A stretch of DNA of 64,000 nucleotides from an uncultured Gammaproteobacteria bacterium. Lineage in GTDB: Bacteria; Patescibacteriota; Microgenomatia; JALYQM01. Location of the stretch: the NCBI GenBank assembly GCA_964403585.1, contig CAYOFQ010000001.1:204456-268455 (forward strand), in the 5' to 3' direction. The translations under genes and the position numbers were made by a program. The notes under the pieces were generated by a model. That model worked only from the letters and a program-made list of their open reading frames with translations. It did no database searches and was not told the origin of the DNA. This document shows positions 29,549 through 38,148 of this stretch, piece by piece (position 1 is the stretch's first letter; every line of letters starts with the position of its first letter).

Positions 29549-31279
29549 ATGCAACTCAAAAAAATAGGAATTATCGCCGTTTTTCTTTGTCTTATTATTG
29601 GTCTTTACCTCAGATTTTACAAGCTTACAACTGTTCCGGATATGCATTTAGACGAAATGTCGTTTGCCTATACTTCTTATTCGTATATAAAAACCGGGCT
29701 TGATGAATTTGGAAAACCTCCCGGAATTGTTTTTGAATCATTAGGCGATTACAAACTGGCACCATTTGCATTCGCAACTATGCCATTTGCTGCGATATCC
29801 GGGCTCGAGCCAATAACGGTACGATTGCCGTCTGCTTTATTCGGGTTAGGCACGGTGCTCTGTTTATACTTACTGGTAAATAGGCTCTATAAAAACAAAG
29901 CACTCGCTATCACAAGCGCATTGCTGTTGTTACTATCCCCCTGGCATATACTTTTCTCCAGAACAGGCAACGAAGCTTCACTGCAACTTTTCAGTATCAT
30001 TGCCGGAATGTACCTGTGGGCGTTATTCAGAAGCACTGAAAAGAAAAAATATCTCTTTTTATCCATACCGTTATTCTTAATCGGATTATATTCGTATTAT
30101 TCATCATTCGTATTCCTTCCTGCCTTTCTGCTGTTCCTGCCGTTGTTTAATAACAGAGGATCCCGCATCGTACACGCTCTACCCTTTGTAGTTATATCGC
30201 TACTTTTTCTCTTATTCTTTTTAACTCAGCCGACCCAGCGCGTAGGCCAAACCAGTTTTTTTAAGCATGGAGAAGTAGAGGCGTTGGTTACCGAAAGTCA
30301 TAGTGAAGAGAATGGTACGTTGCCGTTACCGATCGTCAGACTAATCCACAATAAATTCACTGTTGGCACGCAGTTATTGATTCGCAATTATTTCCAGCAC
30401 TACACCTACAACTTCCTTTTTCTTGAAGGCGATCCCTCATATGGAAGATACTCGTTACCGTTCCAGGGGCCGCTATACATTTGGATGCTTCCGTTCCTGG
30501 TCATCGGCGTAGGTATAGCATCACATAAAATGATCGTGAACAAACAGTGAATTTACGGATTAATGGTACTCTGGATGGCCATAGGTTTTTTGCCCGATTC
30601 CCTCTCATTCGAAATTTATATTCAGCGAACCTTACTGGTATTACCGGCGTTAGTATTTTTCACTGCTTTGGGGCTCATTTCTACCTACACGTACCTTGTC
30701 AAAAATTTTCCTAAATTTAATCCACAACCAATTTTATATATACTTAGCGCCGGAGTAATGATTGTTTCGCTGGTGCTTTTTTGGGACGCCTATTTTATCC
30801 ACCAGCGGATCCACCAGCCATGGCATCGGCAGGGGTGGGCACATGAATTTATAACAACGTTAAATCAGTTGGCTCCACAATATCCTCAAACAGTCATTGC
30901 CCGGGATTCACATATCCTGTACCTGTTTAATGAAAAGGTTGAGCCTCAGGAAGCACAGCAATTGCTTCGAGGAAATATTTCATCCAACGGCAGTTTCAAC
31001 TCTTTGACTAAATACAAGGACTATTTATTTATGCCAAATGATTGCCCGCTCGCCGGCAAATTAGATGTTCTTTATGTTTGCAACGGCGAAAAAATTCCAT
31101 TCAATAGCAAGGTACAAGCAGTTATCCGCTACCCGAGCAACGTACCGGCAAAAATCTTCATTACCTTTACTGAGCCAACTGCTGAGAACAGCCTAACCAA
31201 GGGTGACCGAATCAGTATTATGGAGGATACGATTAAAGATCCTAAAATCTTATCGGACGAGTATCCCGGTTACTGGTAA
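29549..31279 (+). pseudogene. GT-C glycosyltransferase, PMT/ArnT-like; paralog E interrupted by in-frame TGA at 30548-30550
   Basis: ORFs 29549-30550 and 30563-31279 are in the same frame; the sequence across the TGA (HKMIVNKQ*IYGLMVLWMAIGFLPDS) aligns with conserved KNRKQINAVLPLWWLFIAPIPAA of paralog C. Confidence 0.6.
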
Positions 31280-32836
31280 TTATTTAAATCGTTCCTCAAC
31301 CAATAATTTTCTGAAATTTTTTCGCGCTGTGGTCGGCCGTACTTGTAACCGCTGTATTCTCGAAAAGTCATTATTTAAGCCACCAACTAATCCTTCAAAC
31401 GGCTCGTAAATCGAAAAGTGTCTATCGCTATACTTCTCTGTCTGCGGCAATAGATCTCCCCCGGCCCGTCCGTCCTGATTAGCTCCATAAAACTCCGGCA
31501 CATAGCCATACGTCTTTTTACCATACCAGCTATACAAATACGCCCAGGTAGTATTAATTTCATACGGATTGGTATACGTCGAGAAAGTAAACGGCTGTTT
31601 GTTTGCTTGCTGGTACGTATAATCTATCAGCGCCAGTTGATCGCGCAACGTCGCCTCTTTCTGTATCACAAATATGCTCACTCCTTCGGCTTTGCGCAAC
31701 AGGAGGAATTGCACGTTAATATAGAGCAAAACGCTCAGTAGCGCCACAGTAATTATCCGTCCGGCTACACTCTGCCAGATTGTCACTAATGCAAAACTCA
31801 CCACGATATATACAAGCAGGGAAACGCCCAACAGTGAATGACTCTCACTGCGAGGTTGTAGCAGTTCCACTACCAGCGGTGAAAGCATAATTATCGCCAC
31901 AAAATACTTCGCCTGTTTTGCTGCATACCAAAGAAACGCACCAAGGCTGATGAGAAACAATGCAGCGGCAAAAATCTGGTAAATATCCCAGGGAAGCAGG
32001 GGGAGCGAAATTAGTTCATAGTACACTCGTGAAATAACTTTAAGTTTATCCGCCCAAAACAAACTCCGTTCCGAAAAATCCTGTAAATCCCGACCGGAAA
32101 ATAATCCGCTGCGTAATATCCGCACTTCAGTCAAAATCATTGTCGCAATAGTTAATACATAAAACACGACACCGAGTAGCACCGGCCACGAGGGAACAGG
32201 GAATTCTTTTCTGCGCCGTAAAATAATCACGGCCCCAACAAACATTGCTACCCACAAATAAACAGTATAGAGAAATGCCTGATTCGCCAACCCTAAGAAC
32301 AAAAACAGGAGCGGGATACGATTGTATGCCTGTTCAAAAACCACCCGCCAGTACAGATAGAAAAACACGCTCAAAATAATGGGCACTAACGCCGGATTGG
32401 AAATCCACACACCTGCGTGCACCGGTTGTCCAAATACCGCAAACATAAAGCTTGCCAGAATGCCTACCAGTGTACGTCCGGTAATTTTCTGCGCCAGAAG
32501 AAACACTGGAATGACGGTTAGCGAATTCAGAAAGCTTAACGCTACCGCCACCCAATACGGACTGCCTCCAAAGAGGGTATACAATAACCCGATCAGGTAA
32601 TAATAAAACACCCCATGATACAAAATATCATTCGAGCCGCTCGCCGATGGCCCTTGTATCTTTATGTCACCTTTTTCAAAAATACTTCGCGAAACCGCCG
32701 CGTCCCGCGCTTGATCATAAAAGAAATGCACATCATTATTGGAGATAACCGCCAAACGCACTGCAAAAGCCAAAACCACTAAAGCAATAATAAGTAAGCG
32801 GGTATTAGAGCGAGATATCTTGACCATTTTTTCCAT
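31280..32836 (-). CDS. GT-C-like polytopic membrane protein, divergent subfamily (FFYDQARD loop motif); paralog H
   Basis: About 13 TM helices; N-terminal loop FFYDQARDAAVSRSIFEKGDIKIQGP is paralogous to FLFDQGRDMLDVKEIVVGHHPTLIGP of the 34942 gene. Confidence 0.45.
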   Translation of the reverse strand: MEKMVKISRSNTRLLIIALVVLAFAVRLAVISNNDVHFFYDQARDAAVSRSIFEKGDIKIQGPSASGSNDILYHGVFYYYLIGLLYTLFGGSPYWVAVALSFLNSLTVIPVFLLAQKITGRTLVGILASFMFAVFGQPVHAGVWISNPALVPIILSVFFYLYWRVVFEQAYNRIPLLFLFLGLANQAFLYTVYLWVAMFVGAVIILRRRKEFPVPSWPVLLGVVFYVLTIATMILTEVRILRSGLFSGRDLQDFSERSLFWADKLKVISRVYYELISLPLLPWDIYQIFAAALFLISLGAFLWYAAKQAKYFVAIIMLSPLVVELLQPRSESHSLLGVSLLVYIVVSFALVTIWQSVAGRIITVALLSVLLYINVQFLLLRKAEGVSIFVIQKEATLRDQLALIDYTYQQANKQPFTFSTYTNPYEINTTWAYLYSWYGKKTYGYVPEFYGANQDGRAGGDLLPQTEKYSDRHFSIYEPFEGLVGGLNNDFSRIQRLQVRPTTARKNFRKLLVEERFK

Positions 32837-34874
32837 CCTTAGTGAGGATCGTCCGCTTTAAAGCGCCTTGTTTATCCAGCAAAATAATTGTTCCTCCACT
32901 GTACCCGGCCAGCTGCGCATCATACTGTTTCTCCAGACCCTGTACTCCGTGGTAGTTATAACTACTATAAATCCGTGTACAGCACTCTGTATACGCAGTA
33001 TTAGTGATATGGGTATAGTCGGAGTTGGAATAAATGCGTGCAGGATAAGGAGTAACATAAACACCTTTATACGAAAGTAATTCTTTCTGATCTTCGGCTT
33101 TCAGGTCCTGCCACGTTGTCATCAGCATTGTCGGAACACCCGTTAAACGATTCTGCACATAATAGTCATGAATAACAACCGCCGTAAACCCGGTGAACCG
33201 TTCCAGAACATGCAGCAATTTTTCTTCCTGCTGTACCTCAATTTCATCCGGTCGCACGGAAATAGCAAATCCCTGTTTGTCTTGCACAAGCACATGTCCG
33301 CCTTGCGTAATTGTTCCACGTTTCCCTAAAACCAGTGAAGTTTTAACGGTATCTTCCGGGGAAAAATCCGCCAGTAATAACCCCCAGTTCCATTCCACGC
33401 CCCAGCGGTTATGCACTCGTTTCAGCTGTAACTCTTTCGTTTCGGTAAATGATCCCAAATCCTGCGTATGATACGTCAATTCAACGTTTACTTTCCCGTT
33501 ATCTCCCGCAAATTCCCGTGACACCTCTTTAAATGAAATTGCCCTGACACCGGCATTAAATAAGGCGGTCTTGGCAATTGTCTGAAACATCTCCCGTTCT
33601 GTCGCCTGCACGCTTGAACGGGTTGTGTTTTCCTGGTACACATCAGAGAAAAATTGCTTTGAAAAATTCGTATAATATCCGGCTAATACCGAATCCGGCT
33701 TAGCTGTTAAAAAGCTTGGGGCATACAACAGTAAAATAATAATCGCCATAACAGCCACAGTTCCCGGACCTTGAACCCGACGATAGCCTAATGAAAACTT
33801 GGCAACCAGTAAATAAATAAACGGCAGTACCAGCAATAAGTAGCGGCTGTAAAACGGAATGCGCATGTACATAATAATCGACGCAATTAGGATGAGTGCC
33901 ATTCCTCGCCACACCAGAGTTTCCTTTTTCGAATACAGCACATATACCGCCACGCCTAAGCCGATCGCGCCCAATATCGGCCACAAGTACGTCCACTCAA
34001 TTACCGTTTCCAGGTTACCGGAGTTAACATTCGGCACCTTACCGGTAAATAATGATTGAAGTACTCCCAGCGGATGCAAAGGCAGTTTTGAAATAAGATA
34101 AATCGTCGCGATATATTTATGGAATTTAACCAGTTCAAGTATGCTGTGACCGAGCATAAAATAGCGGGCATACACCAGCAGAACCGCTACACCAAAACCG
34201 GCATAGTAGGCAAAAACCTCTTTCCACCAGCGTTTTTTTACCAAATAAGCTGTCTCCAACAACACCAGGACTGGAAATAATGTCTGCATTTTCGTTTCAA
34301 AGAATAAACACACCGCCGCACCACTCAGCACCGCCAGCCATAATCGCCTTCGTTCACTTTCCACCAGATACACAAAAGCAGACAAGTTCAACAGCAGGAA
34401 AAACAACTGGTAAATATCCAGCCAGGATTTCCAAAGTTGGGAAAAGAACAGGGGATCAAGATAAAACAGTGTCGTCACCAGCAATGCCGCCGACCTGTTT
34501 TTCAAAAGCTTTACACCTAATAAGTACAAACACACTAACGACCCAACACCAGCCAAAAAGGCCATCCACGCCACATTCCCGAACCACTTAATTGAAAAAC
34601 CAACCAGATACAGCGCCGCCGGTGGCTTATCTGTAATCACCAGCGACGGATCATCCCCCTGACTCAAACGGTACCCGGCATGGGCATACAACGCGTCATC
34701 ACCAATCGGGCGCTGGGATAACCGCAGTTGCCACTGCGAATGATCATAGCGATCCTTCCAGTACGCCACATCATACTTTTCACTAAAAGAGGTCCAATTA
34801 TAGGAAAAAATCAAATACGTCTGTATTACCAGCATTACTATACAGAAATAGGGAAGGAGTTTTGCTATTTTCAT
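32805..34874 (-). CDS. GT-C glycosyltransferase (PMT/ArnT-like, DD motif) fused to C-terminal PBP-dimerisation-like domain; paralog F
   Basis: N-terminal membrane domain with IGDDALYAHAGYRL; the C-terminal ~270 aa soluble domain ends with GLEKQYDAQLAGYSGGTIILLDKQGALKRTIL, which resembles the G.EK.YD..L.G..G......D..G signature of the PBP2/FtsI dimerisation domain. Confidence 0.5.
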   Translation of the reverse strand: MKIAKLLPYFCIVMLVIQTYLIFSYNWTSFSEKYDVAYWKDRYDHSQWQLRLSQRPIGDDALYAHAGYRLSQGDDPSLVITDKPPAALYLVGFSIKWFGNVAWMAFLAGVGSLVCLYLLGVKLLKNRSAALLVTTLFYLDPLFFSQLWKSWLDIYQLFFLLLNLSAFVYLVESERRRLWLAVLSGAAVCLFFETKMQTLFPVLVLLETAYLVKKRWWKEVFAYYAGFGVAVLLVYARYFMLGHSILELVKFHKYIATIYLISKLPLHPLGVLQSLFTGKVPNVNSGNLETVIEWTYLWPILGAIGLGVAVYVLYSKKETLVWRGMALILIASIIMYMRIPFYSRYLLLVLPFIYLLVAKFSLGYRRVQGPGTVAVMAIIILLLYAPSFLTAKPDSVLAGYYTNFSKQFFSDVYQENTTRSSVQATEREMFQTIAKTALFNAGVRAISFKEVSREFAGDNGKVNVELTYHTQDLGSFTETKELQLKRVHNRWGVEWNWGLLLADFSPEDTVKTSLVLGKRGTITQGGHVLVQDKQGFAISVRPDEIEVQQEEKLLHVLERFTGFTAVVIHDYYVQNRLTGVPTMLMTTWQDLKAEDQKELLSYKGVYVTPYPARIYSNSDYTHITNTAYTECCTRIYSSYNYHGVQGLEKQYDAQLAGYSGGTIILLDKQGALKRTILTKDGKNGQDISL

Positions 34875-34941
34875 AACTACCTAAGAATAGTACCATTATA
34901 CACAAGTACAGCCTAGGTACTGCCCAAAACGTTGAGAGTAT

Positions 34942-36444
34942 ATGAAAAAAATACTGCAATTCTGCATAAATGAATTCCGGCAGCACAAGCTGGATTATCT
35001 GCTCATACTGCTCATCGTACTCACCTCAGCCTTCTTCCGTTTTAAACCGCTTTTTACCGGAGATTTTGTGTTTCTTTTTGACCAGGGCCGCGACATGCTC
35101 GACGTCAAAGAGATCGTTGTCGGTCATCATCCAACACTTATTGGACCATTCACTGGTATGAAAGGGTTATTCCAGAGCCCGATGCATTATTACCTGTTAG
35201 CCATTCCTTTCATACTCACCGGAGGTCACCCGGCGGGAGGCATCGCCTTTACCATTATCACGTTTTTGGTTGGCATAACCCTGGCCTATGTTTTGGGTAA
35301 ACGCATGTACGGACGCCTTTTTGGACTATTTTTCGCCCTCATTTTTGCTTTTGCCCAAGGCTCAATGAGCAATTCCGCTAATTTCTGGAATCCTAACTGG
35401 ATCCCGCCGCTCATGGTGCCCTATTTATATTCGTTGTATCGCAGCAGAAAAGACCTTCGCTGGTTGCTCGCCGTCAGTTTTCTCGTAGGGTTGATGTCCC
35501 AGTTCGAAGCCGCCTTTGGCGTCATGCTGCTTATTTCAACCCTGTTGTTTTTACTCGTCTCATATCCGAAAGTATTCATCTCCAAATGGTTTTATCTCTC
35601 CGGCATCGCCTTTGCGATCAATTTTATACCGCAGGTCCTTTTTGACATCCGCCATGAGTACATGATGACCAATACCTTAGTCAATTTAATCACCGGTCGA
35701 ACCGAATCCTTGGGTATACCAATCCCATTCGATGTCCGCTTCTGGTACCGCATCGATGAAGTAACCAAAGCCACCATTTTTACAATACTCTACGATCGAA
35801 CACTCGCCCTGACAACACTTATCCCGATTCTTGGCACCCTCATAATTGCCGTTAGGAAAAAAGACTGGTCGACCATCAAAGCCCAACTGTTCTTTGCCGG
35901 CATTCCCTTCTGTTTGTTCCTCGTTTTCCTGGCCTTTCCACTTCCCGCCTGGGCGTGGTACTGGACGGGTCTACAAGTTTGCTACTATGCCCTAGTTGCG
36001 TATTCCTGTGCCTATCTTTGGCACTTCCATAAATTCGCCAAAGTTCTCGACGCCCTATTGCTCGCTCTCTGGGTAGGCTTGGCCACCTTCCCGGCCTTTA
36101 TTCCTTCCAACATGCCCGAAGAACCGGGAACCTTCAAAACCCAAGTTAAAATTATGGACGATATCTACGCCGATGCCGCCGGAGAACCGTTTGGTGTTTT
36201 TGTTTACACTCCTCCCATTTATGACTTCGCGTTCAAGTATTTGTTCTGGTGGCGGGGCATCACTAAATACAATTATGTTCCAACCGACTCCAAAGACGGC
36301 ACGTTCTATTTAATCATTGAACCCAACAAAGACAATCCACTCGCCATCGACGGTTGGAAAAAGACAGTCATTAAAGAAGGACAAACCGTCTGGACCAAAA
36401 AATATCCGGGAGATATTGAGGTAGAGAAGAGACAGGGGAAATAA
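34942..36444 (+). CDS. GT-C-like polytopic membrane protein, divergent subfamily (FLFDQGRD loop motif); paralog I
   Basis: About 12 TM helices plus a C-terminal soluble domain; paralogous to 31280-32836. Confidence 0.45.
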   Translation: MKKILQFCINEFRQHKLDYLLILLIVLTSAFFRFKPLFTGDFVFLFDQGRDMLDVKEIVVGHHPTLIGPFTGMKGLFQSPMHYYLLAIPFILTGGHPAGGIAFTIITFLVGITLAYVLGKRMYGRLFGLFFALIFAFAQGSMSNSANFWNPNWIPPLMVPYLYSLYRSRKDLRWLLAVSFLVGLMSQFEAAFGVMLLISTLLFLLVSYPKVFISKWFYLSGIAFAINFIPQVLFDIRHEYMMTNTLVNLITGRTESLGIPIPFDVRFWYRIDEVTKATIFTILYDRTLALTTLIPILGTLIIAVRKKDWSTIKAQLFFAGIPFCLFLVFLAFPLPAWAWYWTGLQVCYYALVAYSCAYLWHFHKFAKVLDALLLALWVGLATFPAFIPSNMPEEPGTFKTQVKIMDDIYADAAGEPFGVFVYTPPIYDFAFKYLFWWRGITKYNYVPTDSKDGTFYLIIEPNKDNPLAIDGWKKTVIKEGQTVWTKKYPGDIEVEKRQGK

Positions 36445-36458
36445 TAAATTTAGTAAGG

Positions 36459-36464
36459 TATAAT
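36459..36464 (+). promoter_or_regulatory. -10-like hexamer TATAAT 7 nt upstream of GTG 36472
   Basis: GGTATAATCTCCACA-GTG with no SD. Confidence 0.3.
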
Positions 36465-36471
36465 CTCCACA

Positions 36472-38103
36472 GTGAAGAAATTTCTATTCTGCACCATTCT
36501 TATACTCGCAATTGCACTCAGGTTCTACAAACTTGGCGTCGTACCCGGCTCACTCGATTGGGACGAAGTCTCCCTTGGTTACAATGCCTATTCATTATTA
36601 CTCAACGGCACCGACGAATACGGCAATACCTGGCCCTTATCCATTCGCTCATTCAATGACTACAAACCGCCTGCCTATGCCTATTTGGACATCATCCCGA
36701 CTGCCATTTTCGGTTTGAATGAATTTGGCACCCGCTTTCCGGCAGCGTTCTTTGGTTCACTCGCAGTGATTGGGGTATATTTTCTCACCAGAGAATTATT
36801 TCGCAATGAATCCAAACTCCCGCTTATCGCCATGTTTATTTTCGCCATCTCACCCTGGCACTTACAGTTCTCCCGCGCGGCCTTTGAAGGCAACATCGCC
36901 GTTTTCTTTGTAATTTGGGGAATGTATTTTCTCCTACGCTGGTTTCGCAATAACAAGCTGTATGAACTATTACTTGCCGCCGGACTGTTCGCCGGATCAC
37001 TCTACGCCTACCACGCCGCCCGCCTGATCGTTCCGTTGTTACTCTTCGGCGTAGCACTGAGGTACCGAAAGCACTTTTTAGCCCGAAAGCAATCCGTACT
37101 TACCGCGGCCGCCCTCGGTATAATTTTAGTTCTTCCAGTTGGTCTCACCTTAATTCGCGGCAGTGCCTCTGAACGGTTCTCTTCAGTCAGCATTTTTAGT
37201 CCGACGACCGAAATTCTTCGTCCGCTGGAATATGAACGCGAAGACAAAGCCACGGTGAACTGGAATTCCTGGTTACACAACCGCCGAATCGAATACGTCA
37301 AGGAATTTGTCGAAGGCTATGTTAATCATTTCAGTCCGGTGGCGATGTTCATGAAGGGCGACGTTGTCGAACGGCACCATGCTCCCGACATGGGATTATT
37401 TTATGTTATTGAATTACCGTTTATTCTAATCGGCATCTTTACCCTTATTGAAAAGAGATTTAATTATAAATTCCTGTTCTTCTACTGGGCGGCCATTGCA
37501 CCGCTACCTGCGGCTATCTCAACCGGCACGCCCCACGCCATTCGCAGCATTTTATATTTACCGCTCCCGCATATCGCCATCGCAGTGGGAATTTTCCAAA
37601 CGTATCAATTCATGACACAATATTTTAAGCAACCTAAATTCAACACCAGAACTCCCGCTATAACCATCGGAATTATCTTCGCGCTCTATCTCGGCAACTT
37701 TGCCTATTATCTCAATCAATATTATGGACATATGAACGTTGAGTATGCCGAATACTGGCAGTACGGCTACAAGGATTTAGTCGAGTATCTCCGACCAATT
37801 GAAGGTAAGTACGACAAGATCGTCGTAACTCCTGCCTACGATCAGCCCTATATTTACTTCCTCTATTACAAACAATACGATCCCCGGGTTTGGATTAATA
37901 ATGGTGAATTTAATAAAGGTTTCGATAAATACGAATTCCGCAAAATGGACTGGTATCAGGATCGCAAATTGCATAACACCCTATTAATAGGGGATAAGCT
38001 GGAAATTCCGGAGGGCGAAGCCGGAACCATTAAAGTGTTGCGCTATCCCGAAGGAACCAAAGGAAACCGGGACATTTTCAGGATCATTCCCTCGCAATAT
38101 TAA
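36472..38103 (+). CDS. GT-C glycosyltransferase, PMT/ArnT-like; paralog G
   Basis: GTG start; LDWDEVSLGYNAYSLL, SPWHLQFSRAAFEGNIAVF, FYVIELPFILIGIFTL, YWAAIAPLPAAISTGTPHAIRSI and YGYK C-terminal domain; TATAAT 7 nt upstream. Confidence 0.7.
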   Translation: MKKFLFCTILILAIALRFYKLGVVPGSLDWDEVSLGYNAYSLLLNGTDEYGNTWPLSIRSFNDYKPPAYAYLDIIPTAIFGLNEFGTRFPAAFFGSLAVIGVYFLTRELFRNESKLPLIAMFIFAISPWHLQFSRAAFEGNIAVFFVIWGMYFLLRWFRNNKLYELLLAAGLFAGSLYAYHAARLIVPLLLFGVALRYRKHFLARKQSVLTAAALGIILVLPVGLTLIRGSASERFSSVSIFSPTTEILRPLEYEREDKATVNWNSWLHNRRIEYVKEFVEGYVNHFSPVAMFMKGDVVERHHAPDMGLFYVIELPFILIGIFTLIEKRFNYKFLFFYWAAIAPLPAAISTGTPHAIRSILYLPLPHIAIAVGIFQTYQFMTQYFKQPKFNTRTPAITIGIIFALYLGNFAYYLNQYYGHMNVEYAEYWQYGYKDLVEYLRPIEGKYDKIVVTPAYDQPYIYFLYYKQYDPRVWINNGEFNKGFDKYEFRKMDWYQDRKLHNTLLIGDKLEIPEGEAGTIKVLRYPEGTKGNRDIFRIIPSQY

Positions 38104-38148
38104 GTGGTTTTTGTTAGTATATAAAAGCAATTAGTAGGATCAAAAAAT

